Shown: in pieces, positions 1-12,600 of the stretch
Numbering within the stretch: position 1 is the stretch's first letter
Layout: each line of letters opens with the position of its first letter
Source of the DNA: Camelus ferus
Taxonomy: Eukaryota
Assembly: GCF_009834535.1 (NCBI RefSeq)
Contig: NC_045696.1
Location: 84,756,001 to 84,820,000 of the forward strand
Reading direction: 5' to 3'
DNA length: 64,000 nt
Position numbers and translations under genes: made by a program
The notes under the pieces: model-generated
What the model saw: only the letters and a program-made list of their open reading frames with translations
The model's database searches: none
Told to the model about the DNA's origin: nothing

Positions 1-1783
1 CTCTATCTAAATCAAAGGATTTATATAAACTCGTCTCATTTCCATGGCAAAAGATATTTTGTAGAACACCTTCACAGAGAGAGCATTTTATAGAAATGAT
101 ATATTTAACATGTTCACATGCAAGCAGTGCTACAGCTCAAATTCTTTCAGTATTTTATGTCTGGCCATGTTTTATGCAATGGCTAAATTAATGGAATCAC
201 TGAGGAAGAAATCTCAGATATTTTAGGTAGAATGTGCCCATACTCTGAGGTACTAAAAATCTAAACAATAACAAAAAAGACAAGGAATTCTCTACAGAAG
301 AATATGAGTTATTATATGTAATGTAGTCAGTAAATTCTGAATTAGATCTGAACATAAAAGTGAACAAAACCAGAACTAGAATAAAGAAAGCAAAAGTAGA
401 GGTAGAGAATTCCGCTTTACAATAATCCTATGATTATTCTAGCTCCTCATTGTAAGTCTGTCGCCCCACCCAAAAAGGGAGTAATATGAAGATACAACTC
501 TAGTTAAAATTGAAGATAAATATACAGTTTATTTTTGGTCAGCTGGTTATTCTTAAACCATGTGGTCCTGGTTTGCTGCTATTTATGCTGTCCCCAACAA
601 CTTTTAGGACTCCATCACACCCCTCAAAGTTACTTTATACAGAATATCAAGAGTATTTTGAGAAGTTTTGGGGAATCAGACAGTAGCTTTCTCGTGTTAA
701 AGATCATAAGTGCTTTATTCGAAGCTTGAATCAACTAACACAATGGAGACATATTGAGCTGTGGCAGATCTCTGGGGCCCTTGATCTTCAATTTAGAGAA
801 GCAAGATTTTGTACGTTTTAAATCCTGATGTGGAGATTAGGGTGGGTAGAGAAGCAAGAATCAGAGAATGATACAAATCTGAGATGCTTCTATTCAGATT
901 TATAATTTTTACTTGTGAGATATCTATTTAATTATTCACAAAGAACACGTTTGTTATATTTTACACCAAATATGCTCTTTCCCATGTAAAATGTAATAAA
1001 AATTAGTTAATTTAAATACATTTCTCAAGAAGTCTTATTTCCTAATTTGCATATGACTTTCCTTTCATATCCTGTATAGGTTCTTCATATTCTGAATAAT
1101 CAAGAAAGGGCAAAACTGGACACTGAACTTCAGAAAATAACAATTTTCAAGTGTGTTTTGTAGATTGTCTTTCATATTCTATATCGTCACCCTGTAAACA
1201 ATCAAAAATAAATTAATAACTTCAAAGTTTTAGTCTTTTTTTTCTAGAAGCTTGTAGTATTTTGTACATGTTTCATTATTAATTTCCTAATTAGGGTTGT
1301 ATAAAAGAAAGAGTAGCCAAAGATACTTTTCACTGTTTACATTATCCTTTATACAGATTTAAAGTTCTTTCCATTGTACAAGTGACTCCATTTTTTTTTT
1401 TTAAGTTAACTATGTAACACTTAAGGCAACTGAATTCTGCAGTCAGAATATTTAATGGAAAACTCTGCCAAGATTTTCACTGTCTGGGTTAATCTATATT
1501 ACTTAGCATCAAACCAGTTCTCTGATCATTCAAACACTGAAAGAAATAAAGTAATGTCCAAAATCATATTATACATTTTTAACATAATGCTTAATTTCAT
1601 GTTTACTTTATGCCTCTGCAAAGTGCTCCACTGGAATAGACAACAAAAATAAAACACAGAGAAACAAAATAGATGAAGTTAAAAATGTATTGAGACTTTT
1701 AGTCTGACACTTCAAAAGCCATTCTGATAATTATGTATATATTAAAGTGATAGGAGAGAAATGGGTAAAAGATTCTTTCTTTT

Positions 1784-1876
1784 CTTTCCCTTTTTTTTTT
1801 TAAAGTTTTATTTATTTATTTATTTTTAACTTTTTTTTTATTGAGTTATAGTCATCTTACAATGTTGTGTCAAGTT
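1784..1876 (-). mobile_element. Ultra-short 5'-truncated LINE-1 3' tip with A-rich tail
   Basis: Reverse strand reads TTGACACAACATTGTAAGATGACTATAACTCAATAAAAA plus A-rich tail, matching the end of the L1 at 26467-26505. Perfect 16-bp TSD AAAGATTCTTTCTTTT at 1768-1783 and 1877-1892. Confidence 0.9.
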
Positions 1877-2648
1877 AAAGATTCTTTCTTTTTTGTGGTA
1901 AAGCAAATACTTTAAAACATTAGTCCCCTATTAGTAAAGCATATAGATCTTTCTTTCCTATTTTGTCCATTTCCATATTTTAGTTTGAAATAGGTGTGAA
2001 TCTCTAATGTTATAAAATCAGAGATTAGATTGTAAACATATTTTTGTTAGACTAAGTCCATGTGGGCTCTTTCAAGATTACTTGGGAATGAAATTTTAAT
2101 ACATAACAATGTATCCATATAAAAACAACCAGAATTTTAAACAACTTTTAACTGGGTTCCTCACTGAAGTGGATCATGTTATGTGCTTACATTTATACAT
2201 TTATATTTTAAAGTGATTTTTATTTTGTAATCTAAGTTATTTTACAATCAGAAGAAGTTATAAGGAGACATGATGAGACTATGCTATATGACAAGCCAAC
2301 TTCTCAATAAAGATGAACACATTTCAGGGACTGAGTCACTCTTGGAGATCATTTATTTCAAATCTCTCATTTTGCCAATTTAAAAACTGAGGTCCCAAAC
2401 AAAACACACAGGAAAACTTGTTCAGTATCACATAGTAAATCGGCAAAACAAGATAAAAATATTTGTTCACCTGATTTCTTACTTAGAATTCTTGCAACAT
2501 TATGTGTTTCTAATGTATGACTTCTAGCTATGTGTATGACTGAATGAGATTTGTGTATCTCAAAGAAAACGTCAATAAGAATTTTTTTATCTAAACAGGT
2601 ACCGCATTTATCAGCCACTCTGCATAAAAATGAACTTAGAATTAAAAA

Positions 2649-2650
2649 GT

Positions 2651-2682
<32 letters not shown>

Positions 2683-2690
2683 CTGTGTGT
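2649..2690. repeat. (TG)n microsatellite, interrupted
   Basis: Read directly from sequence. Confidence 0.97.
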
Positions 2691-3859
2691 TTAAGGCTCA
2701 AATGCAAATATAGAAAGTACCTGTAACCTAAAGGCAGCAAATACAAAGCTGTCCATTCAAAATGTAGGTAATGGAGATTTTTTTTTTTTTGAAGAAAAAA
2801 TATTAAAGATGTAAAATAAAATGGAAGTCAACAGTTATATTTCCAACAATTAGATATTAACTGAATTTTAAAAATCTGCTAATGACTGCGGCAAAAGGAA
2901 ATTTTATTTTTTGGAGGGAGAAATGCCTCAATGAACATGAGAGAAAATTGGTAATTAAGGAGATAATTTGTGCCAAGATGTGTAGAATTTCTTCTGCTAA
3001 ATTTTCTGCATTATTTGCTCTGGCTCTCCACCCTAATAAATGAGTTGTAAAATCAAAGTCAGTTTCTCATACTTGACAGTATTCCCACAGCATCCTCCCA
3101 CTCATAGTACCTTTGTTCCAAAAACATGTAATTGGTTTAATGGAAAAATGATGTTATCATGCAAAAAAATGTGAAATAACACATGCATCAGTATTATCTA
3201 CAAATTATTACGCTAAAGTTGGAAAAATGTTTGTGGATCATTTACTACATCTCACAATAGTGGAAAATTCTGCCAATGTATTGTTAAAAATTGATGCTAG
3301 AATTATAAGAGGGCCCTGAGTGGCTTTCAGTATGAAAGCTAATACATTTCATACTGGCATTTCTTCTTGGAAAATTCCTAACTAGGCTGCCAAAGGGGTT
3401 AATAAATTAGAGCTAGAAAACAAATTTGTTATTTTTTTATATGAAGTCTCATGATTGTACTGTTTAATATTTATTAGAAGAGTCAGTAAAATTTCCTTGA
3501 ATTGTTTGATTGTATTATGACCTAAAAAGTTACTCTCACAAATGTTCTGACAATTCATATGCTGAATGCCTTGAGCAATTAAACTATCAAGTTTCTGAGT
3601 ATATACTTTGATGAATATCTTAAGTTCATGATCCAGAAAGTCCACCTTGATCTGTCTTTCAGACTACAACATAGATTTCCCCTTTAAAATACATAATTAA
3701 CAAGATTTATAGTCCCTGAAGGGTACAATGTTGAAAATAAAGAGTTTCATAAAAAATAAAACACCATGCCTTTTCACAGAATGAATCCACTCTTTCCATA
3801 TAATTTGAATTAGGTCTTAATGTACAGTTGTGAAATTAAAATGGGCCAATGATATAATT

Positions 3860-4070
3860 ACAAAATATCAAGCACATTCTAAGTGCCAGGTAATAATATT
3901 ATAAATACTTATTAAGTTTTAATATGATTGTATTTGTGATAGATAGTTATTCACCTTTTTAAATGAAGAAACTAAAATTCATATTTGAGTAACTTCTCTA
4001 AGTATACACATAGTTTCTACATTAGTAAAATATATATATTTCAAAATGCATCATTACTTATCACTCTAGA
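3860..4070 (-). mobile_element. MIR SINE relic
   Basis: AAGCAC..GTGCCAGG and TTATTCACCTTTTTAAATGAAGAAACTAA resemble the antisense MIR core. Confidence 0.55.
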
Positions 4071-4512
4071 CTGGGTAGAATCTCTGCATACACAGCTTAG
4101 GATTCACTATCTTAACAGAGACTAAGTCCTCCACACGATTTATTCCTGCCTTTACCAGTTAATACTAAAGTGTACTTAGGCCTGACCATCTATCTTATAT
4201 CACCCTAAGTGTTCTGAACTTTCTTCTTATCTGAATCCCAAAGTTTTCCAAGGTACTCTCAAGAGCTGTGTACCATAACTAAGAAATCCTCCAATAACTT
4301 TAAAAACATCTCTCATCTAAAAGTTCTCTCTACTTCCATGCTTCCTTTGAGTAACTCACTATTGAGAATATTGCTTGAGTGGAGGCTGTTCAATAATGTT
4401 CTTGAGTGATTGATTTCTGCAGATTTTGTGGTCTGTTGTCAATGTTTTTCATTATCTCTGCAGATAGTATTCAGAGATTATTGTTAATTCCAAAATTTTA
4501 AAGAAACCCTGT

Positions 4513-4673
4513 TTCCATGGTCTGAGTGTTTGTGTCCACACCCCCCCCATTCATATGTTGAAAACCTAACCTCGGAAAGTGACGGGTGATGATTTGGTAG
4601 TTGGAGTCTTTAGGAGGTGATTAGGTCATGAGGGTGGAGCCCTCATGAATGGGTTTAATGCTTTTATAAAGAC
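4513..4673 (+). mobile_element. MaLR LTR (MLT1A/MST-like), 5' part only
   Basis: CCATGGTCTGAGTGTTTGTGTCC..ATTCATATGTTGAAAACCTAACC..GGTGATTAGGTCATGAGGGTGGAGCCCTCATGAATGGG matches the start of the MLT1A consensus. Confidence 0.85.
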
Positions 4674-4699
4674 TTGTCATAAATAGCCTTTATTATGTT

Positions 4700-5889
4700 G
4701 GCAGGGCAGTCTATCCAAGCAATAGAAATAAAAGCAAAAATAAACAACTGTGACCTAATTAAACTTACAAGCTGTTGCACAGCAAAGGAAATCATAAGCA
4801 AAACAAAAAGACAATCCACAGAATGGGAGAAAATATTTGCAAAAGATGAGACTGACAAGGGCTTAATTTCCAGAATATATAAATAGCTCATACAACTTAA
4901 TAACAAACAAAAATGGGCAGAAGACCTAACAAACAATTCTCCAATGAAGACATATAAATGGCCAACAGGCACATGAAAAAATACTCAATACTGCTAATTA
5001 TCAGAGAAATGCAAATCAAAACTACAATGAAGTATCACCTCACACCAGTCAGAATGGCCATCATTCAAAAGTTCATAAACAGTAAATGCTGGAGAGGCTG
5101 TGGAGAAAAGGGAACCCTCCTACACTGTTGGTAGAAATGTAGTTTGGTGCAGCCATTATGGGAAAACAGTATGGAGATTCCTCAAAGGACTAAAAATAGA
5201 CTTATCATATGATCTAGCAATCCCACTCCTGGGTATATATCCGAAGGGAATCTTACTTCAAAAAGATACATATTCCCCAATGTTCATAGCAGCACTATTT
5301 ACAATAGTCAAGACACAGAAACAACCTAATGTCCATCAACAGATGACTGGATAAAGAAGTTGTGGTATATTTATACAATGGAATACTACTCAGCCATATA
5401 AAAAGAATAAAATAATACCATTTGCTGCAACATGGATGGAACTTGAGATTGTCATTCTAAGTGAAATAAGCCAGAAAGAGAAAGAAAAATACCATATGAT
5501 ATCATTTATATGTGGAATCTAAAACAAAACAACAAAAAAAGACAAACTAACTTATTTACAAAACAGAAACAGACTCACAGACATAGAAAACAAACTTATG
5601 GTTACCAGGAGGAGGAGGATGGGAAGGGATAAATTGGAAGTTTGAGATTTGCAGATACTAATATATATAAAATAGATAAATAACAAGTTTATACTGTATA
5701 GCACAGGGAACTATATTCAATATCTTGTAGTAACTTATGGTGAAAAAGAATATGAAAATGAATATATGCATGTTCATGTATGACTGAAGCATTATGCTAT
5801 ACACTGCAAACTGACACCACATTGTAAACTAACTATACTTCAATAAAATATATATAAAAAAGCAGTGCTTGGCAAAAAAAAAAAAAAAA
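4700..5889 (+). mobile_element. 5'-truncated young cetartiodactyl (camelid-like) LINE-1: ORF2 C-terminus, 3'UTR and poly(A)
   Basis: ORFs 4695-4886 ([27 protein letters not shown]) and 5100-5354 ([25 protein letters not shown]) are L1 ORF2 C-terminal. AATAAA at 5842, poly(A) 5874-5889. Stops and frameshifts present. Confidence 0.95.
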
Positions 5890-6989
5890 TCATAACAAAA
5901 GACAAATTATTTCTACCAAAAGTTAATGAAAGACAAACAATAAAAGCCCATCAGAAAGACTAAGCAGTCTTAACTATCTCTCTAATCATTCTCTCTAAAA
6001 TGACTAAATCAAGTCTTTTTTTTTTTCATTCTGAAACTTTTAACTCTTCCAATTACATTCAGAAGATTACTTTGCTTTCTGACTTACAGAGACAATAGAA
6101 GTTATAAGATGAGAACTTCTTTATTATGAAATTACTCAACACAAAGTATTATCTGTATCTAGTGGTGAGTTTGCCCAAACCATCACCCCAGAAGCAAAAC
6201 CTGGGCAGTATCAACAGCTTTGTTCGGTAGCTGGCTGGAAGATGCTACCAGGTGTTAAGAACTTCGAATTAATAAACCCTCAGATAAATAACTCATGCCC
6301 AAAAGGAAAGGACTTCCCTGAATTGTAACACGGAGTATGTGAATGATTTTAAGTACTGGAAAAAGAAGTTACAGGCCTGGAGTTGTGACTAAAGGCAAAA
6401 CAAAAAGCAAAAAAATGCTTGCAGAGTCAGCAAGTGATCAGACAGGGCTGTGGTGGTCAGGGCTCTAAAGGATCTCAGAAACAGACATCAAATACTCTTC
6501 TTTCAAAGGACAGAAATCCACCCTGCATGCAACATTCAAATTTAGCAACGCAGAAAAGCTGGGAAGAAAGGAGGTTAATTTTGAAGGTGGAAAGGGTAGA
6601 AAGAAAGCAGAAACTAGAAAGTACAGTGACAGTAAAATATAACCCATAAATTTGAGAGCATTTACAAAGATCTGGAAATAAGAAAACATACATAAAACAA
6701 CAAAAATATTCTGAATGAATGTAAAGCTAATAGATCTTGAAGTGGCTACACAGAAAGGTTTCATGATGATAATAGATGAGGAAATATTGAAACTGTGAAT
6801 CTCTGGAAAGCTTTGCTGCTCTCTTCTCAAAAAACTAAAATTATTCAAATATGGGAAACAAAATGATTTATTCAAAGTTATTCTGAGAAAAATAAAATTA
6901 AATGAAATTTTCTTCATGATAAAATAAAGTCATTAGGAAAATAGAGACTATAGATCATATGAAAGCATTATCTAATTTTTAAATGAAAT

Positions 6990-7420
6990 AAAACAGATTA
7001 GTAAAACTATATAGGCCTCAGAAGACTTTAAAAAGTCAGAGATAGGATTTCTTGGAATAAAATTTCTAGATAAGAGGCTGAAAAAATGAGAACTGACAAA
7101 AATCATGAAGTATTTAAAAAAATCTCTTCTTAAAAATGAAGGCTAAAGTAGGGGGAAATAAGATGAAAACATACACCACAAAATCATGGTACATAAAGCA
7201 GGGAATGGAAAAGGAAAACTGTTATTAAAATTTAAAAGGAAAATGATTTGAAAGGAAGTAATAAACGCAGAGCATAATTAAAGAAGATGCAGAAGGCATA
7301 TTTGGGATCTTTGAAAAGTAAAGTCTACTCAAGAGTTCAGGACAGGTATTTAACTAATAGAAGAAAACTTTCCTGAAATAGAAGAAGATGTATTTCTATA
7401 TATTGAAAGAAACACAGTGA
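6990..7420 (+). mobile_element. Ancient L1M/HAL1 ORF1-region relic
   Basis: ATAGAAGAAAACTTTCCTGAAATAGAAGAAG..ATATTGAAAGAAACAC resembles the ORF1 ENFP..IERAH motif; purine-rich strand. Confidence 0.5.
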
Positions 7421-9321
7421 AACTCTATAGTCATTAAATATTTCTTGAATTATTTAATTGAATGAAAGTTTCTAATTTAGTTGCTGGTCTCTTCATATAT
7501 GGACTGAGCTCAAATTCATGAAAACTAGTTTATTTTTAAGCACAGTATTTCTTCAAGATGTGTAGTTAAGTAAGGTTTTTTTTTTTTTATTTTTTAGTAG
7601 TTGTCATCTCAATGGAAACTGTAATAACTTTTGGTCATCTAAATGTACAGAAAGCAAATTTTTCTTGACAATGAGGCTGCCCTAAAGCTTTCCACAAAAC
7701 AGTCAAAGACAACTAAAATCTGAGATCACATGTTAATTTTGAACAATCTGTTGTCTTATAATTTCATGTCCTCATTCAAACAGTTGCACTTTGTAAAGGA
7801 ATTTAGTCATTTTATATGTATGGGAGAAAATCATCTCTATGTTTGCTTTTTAATTATTTCATTCAATTTGCTGAGCCTGCTCTTCTCTCCTCCTTTTCTA
7901 ATTATGACAGAGAATCCTAAACAGATGCAGAAGCAGCATGATCTACCTGAAAATTCAGCAGCTAGGCCTGTAAGTTTTGTAGAGCAATGTCAACAGTAAG
8001 GAAATATCCATTCAAGTGGATTCCAATATGCAATTGAAGTCATTAGTATGGATTGGTGTCAAACTTTTAAGCATTTACCTTATTTACCAAATGGCTTAAT
8101 ATTTCTAAATGGTAATGGGAAGAGAGTGGAGTAGGGAGATAAGGAGAAACTCTGATACAAAGCTCCTCAGGGCTCCTATCTGAATATCAGAATTACTGTC
8201 AAATAAGTATTTATTAGAGTCCTTTCTCTTATATGTAGACAGTATCTATAGATATAGGTGGCTGCTAAAAATTAAGTGCTAAACTGGAATTAGACATTGA
8301 AACAGAGTACCAATATTCTCTTTAGTGAATCTCCCCTGAGACATTACTCTATTCATAGAATATATTATTTATATGTATATTAATCAAAACTTTTAAAATG
8401 ATCATTGAAAGTGTATCTCCTGACCTACAGAATATGTCAAATGTATGTTCTCAGGTCCTTGTTCTAGATGCAAATTAAATATGAGTAATGTAAACTAAAA
8501 TTCTCATGAATGTATCATTTTGCAAAATGAGCTTTACAAATGCCATGTTTTATGCAATCCCAGAAAGAAAAAATAAAACGCTTACCAAGCTAAATTATGC
8601 TGAAACAGTTTATCAGCTAAATGATGACAGCTAGCAATTAAGAACAGTCAAGCTTTGCAGAAAGCAGCAAGATATTTAAAGGAAAAGTACTTAACAAATT
8701 TTTTTAAAAAGGAAAATTTCTATGAATCTTATGTTTTTAGAATAGGAAAATAAAAGTAAGAAAAGAAAAATTTTTAAGTAAAAGCATCACAATGCATTTT
8801 ACAATTTATAAAATAACAGTGAAATAGTATTATGAACCCTTAACATTGGTATTTTTAGAATTTAGAAAAATAATAATATAATTAAGATTTTGATATCATT
8901 CTGGTTCCAGAACATCCATTTACAATTTATGTTTTTAAACCTTAGTTTCACTATATGTAAGTGGACTCCTCTGATAATGAAATGAGGTACAATGTACAAG
9001 GTACACTAACAGGCAAACCAAATGGCACACTGTAGCTTCACATAATAGGTGTTTAGTAAACATTGGTTTATTTTTCTCATGTTCTTCTATGATAACCCAT
9101 TTTTTCAAAGTACATGGAAAGTAAAAATCATGGCTATACCCACCACTTCAACAATGATTATATTCACAGTTAGTTTTGTCCCTTCTATCTTTATTTTTAG
9201 ATAAGATAATAACATAAATTACTTATTATTTTTAGATTAATTAGTTAATAAAATAATGTCCATTGAAACAATAAAATACTAAAGGAATGTAGATACAAAT
9301 ATGTTAACAATGATTCAGAAT

Positions 9322-9760
9322 TTGTATTAGTTATAGTATTAGAAGTTCCTGTAACAGATAACTCTAAAATAACAGTTTAATGCAATACAAGTTTATTTCT
9401 TTTTCACTATTCTGATTGTTGGTGGTAAGATAGTTGTCACTGTGCTTCACAGTCCTTTAATGATTAGGTGACTTAGGAGATAGAAAATATGCATTTATAA
9501 TAATTTGGCTACCAAGATTTCCTTGAGAGTCACCCTCAGTTTAACAAGGAGTGGGAAGAGCAAAGAGAGAGTTGAGGTGACATGGCAAGTTTCGTTAGAA
9601 CTGGCTTCAAAGAGGCATTCATCACTGCTCTTCATAATTTCCTCGCTAATGCTTAGTCATTTGGCCCTAAGCTCAAAGGAGACAGAAAGAAAAGGGAAGC
9701 TGTTTTTTCTGAACCTAATAGTTAATCTTTGCCTAAGAAATATTGAGAATTGAATACATA
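9322..9760 (-). mobile_element. Old MaLR LTR (MLT1J/K-like)
   Basis: Begins TGTATTAG; contains AAGTTTATTTCTTTTTCAC and CATCACTGCTC..TAGTCATTTGGCC..CAAGGAG motifs typical of antisense MLT1. Confidence 0.6.
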
Positions 9761-11619
9761 AATAGCAGTAATAACACAGTCACTTTTATATGGTTATGTA
9801 TGATATAGTTATTTAAAGGTCTTACGTATGATAGAAAATTTAATTTAGAAATACATATATTCATTACAAAATGAGGAGTCTTTGTCAAAGCATATTAATC
9901 TTCCAGTGAGTGTGCACTGTTGGATCTAAAAAAGCAAGATTCTTTTTCCTTGACAGATACATATTCTAGATTGCCACATATGTGTATAACAGGTTGGGGA
10001 GCAAATTATTAACCTCTATAATACGTGTTAAAGAAAAATACAACACCTTTCATCATAATGACATAATTTGGGGGTAGGTGGAAACTGATAGAAATAGGAA
10101 ACCCAACACTGTGATTTTGCAAGTCTCAGAGTTAGATGTCTTAATCCAACTACAAGCACATTTTAAAGATTCTGAGGTTTGAGAAATTAAGTTAAAGAAC
10201 AGAAAGAACATTTTTAAGTTAATTAAGGAAAAAATTGCTCTATTAAAAAATCAAAAATATCCTCATCGACTTTATCTCACATATTTAAACAGTTCGCTTA
10301 TCCACTTAAAATTAACTGTATAAAAAGTGATAAGATCTTTCCAGATAAAATAATTTGACTCCAAAAAGAATTGATTTGAACACAGAAAACAAAATTAATC
10401 TTTTCAATGAGCTAATATGCTCTATTAAGTCTATTATTAATAAGACTAATTTGAGATCTTATATTGGTTAATGTTAGAATGCCACCATTTAAGGTAAGAA
10501 AAAAATAAGGCAAACCAATGAAGAGGCATAACATGATTTAAGGATTAAAAAGAATTAAGGAATAGGGCAGTGATTAACTACATAGAGAAAAAAGTATGAG
10601 GCTATTCTAGTAAACATTTTTTAAGTTCTTTGAAGAAAGCAAAAGGAAATAATATTATGGTTATTAATTATTTTTTTATTATTAACAACTTATATACTCA
10701 CATTTTTCTCAGATTTTTTTAGTGCCTAAGTGATGGATTTTCAAACTGGAATTTAGAGGACAGTAGGTTACATTTGTCTTCTGACCATTAAAGTTGATGA
10801 AGACTACTACAGTCAGGAGTTATAGTTTTTGTCATAAATAATAAAATAAGACAAAATTGTATTTAAGTAGGTTAAAATTAAGAAGTTGTATTTTCAAAAT
10901 GTGAGTTTTATAGAATCAATATGTGCACCAATAACATTAATAATTTTTTTCAAAATATAATTTAAGTGATATTACAGAGTCTATTAATAAAATACTCTAT
11001 AGTTTTAGACAGTAGACATTGTTCAAATCCTCCAATTAATGATTCTTAATGGAGAACATTTTATTTCCTACAAGAAGCTTCTAATGTCAAAAAAGATGGG
11101 AGTCTGTTAGGGAAAGGTTAAATTAGTGTTGGATTTCAGAAAAATTCATAGCTCTTTCTGTTAACTTTGCTAAGGTGGTCTGTGATATTTATAGTCAAAC
11201 CTTGTCAAGTAAAAGTTTATGATAATCAATAGTTTTAATCAAGCTTCAGTGCATAAGTTAAATACCTTGACAATATGATGCTGCTATTATTATTTAACCT
11301 AAATTTCAAAAGGATTAACGAATAATGCTTTCCACAGCCCATCATACAGTCACTTGAACATTTTTTAGGATCAATGACGGTTTCAGTCCAAGTTTAGGAT
11401 ATTAATCAACATGCATCCTTTGTCCAAATTATGTGATATCAATTGCTGTCTTGGTCCATAAACTACCTGAGCCTTGCTCTTTGTCCTTCTAGTAGACTGT
11501 GTGAATGATTCCAAATCTCCAATCTTTAAGGTAGATAGATAGCAGACAGATGACAGATAGATATCATGTATTTACACTTAGTAACTTTATGTCTATCTCA
11601 ATCTCTTTTGCCCTCTATC

Positions 11620-11790
11620 TATAGTTATTTATTTGAAGAAATTAAAAAATTGAAAAATTGACAAACTTTAAGCCAGACTAACCAGGAAAAAAGAGAAGCC
11701 TCAAATTATTAAAATCAGAAAAGAAAGAGGAAACATCATTACTGATCTTACAGAAATAAAAAAGGAATATAAGGAAATACTTTGAAGCGT
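11620..11790 (+). mobile_element. LINE-1 ORF2 internal fragment
   Basis: Degenerate match to FEKINKIDKPLARL.KKKREK.QI.KIRNERG.ITTD.TEIK. Confidence 0.85.
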
Positions 11791-12009
11791 ATGTTTATGT
11801 ACATATATAAACACATGCATATTTCAGTCAATTTTTGTCATGCAAAAAATGCATAGTTATAGTTATTTCTGATTAAGTTATCAAGAGTCAGTCTTGTGGC
11901 TTGGAAGCAAAGAAATCTAAATGGTACTGTATCCTTGTCAGAAAGGTGAGGGTGAACTAGTTTCACAGATTCTGAAGTAGGGCAGGAAGTACCAGCTCTA
12001 GTTGACTGA

Positions 12010-12175
12010 CATTTGCTTGAGTTCCCAAACCTAAAATTTATATCAGAATTTCTTGGATTTCAGGAACAGAATGAAAACAAATTTAGAGAAACTCTCAGAT
12101 TTATTAACTCAGAATTTCTTGGAAGCAAGACCTAAGTATTGTCATTTAAACATTAGATACAGGTATTTGTTATAT
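12010..12175. mobile_element. MER5-like hAT DNA transposon relic
   Basis: Repeated ATCAGAATTTCTTGG and CTCAGATTTATTAACTCAGAATTTCTTGG..AGGTATT pattern. Confidence 0.5.
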
Positions 12176-12443
12176 AGCCAGAGCAAATAGGCTCCTGAAG
12201 GGGAAGTCTTTGTGTGATTGCATAAGTGTAAAGTGAATGATAACAAAGTTTCAATTCCTCTGAGTTTCAGTTTCCAGACTTTGAGAATGTAAAGCATGAA
12301 TCACAGAGTACGTGATCAATTAAACCTACCTTTTCCTTATCTATTGGAAATCTGAGCACAAAATACATACAAAAATAAGCAAGTTGTATATGAAATATGC
12401 TTCATTTTGAGGCTACACACAATTAATTCATAATGTTTTAAAT

Positions 12444-12494
12444 TAAAAATCAGAAATCAAACTACATGTGTAAAAATCAGAAATCAAACTACAT
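12444..12494. repeat. Local tandem duplication (24 bp x2, 3-bp spacer)
   Basis: TAAAAATCAGAAATCAAACTACAT at 12444-12467 and 12471-12494. Confidence 0.95.
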
Positions 12495-12513
12495 AAATAC
12501 CTAATTCCATAGG

Positions 12514-12600
12514 CAGAGAAAAAGAAGAGAAGAAGAGAGAAGAGAAAAGAAGAGGAGAGAAGGGGAAAGGACAGAAGAGGAGAGGAGAAAGGGAAGAGAT
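12514..12600. repeat. Polypurine (GA-rich) low-complexity tract
   Basis: Almost purely A/G on the + strand. Confidence 0.9.

Noticed and set aside
3382..3645. 87-aa ORF with protein-like composition
   Set aside because: Non-ATG start, no recognisable homology and no supporting neighbouring exons; consistent with chance.
4664..5354. ORFs of 63-102 aa as host genes
   Set aside because: They are sense and antisense fragments of L1 ORF2.
6465..6917. Longest ORF (150 aa, minus strand) as a membrane protein gene
   Set aside because: The F/L/S/I-rich composition is what the antisense of A-rich DNA produces; no domain or splice structure is recognisable.
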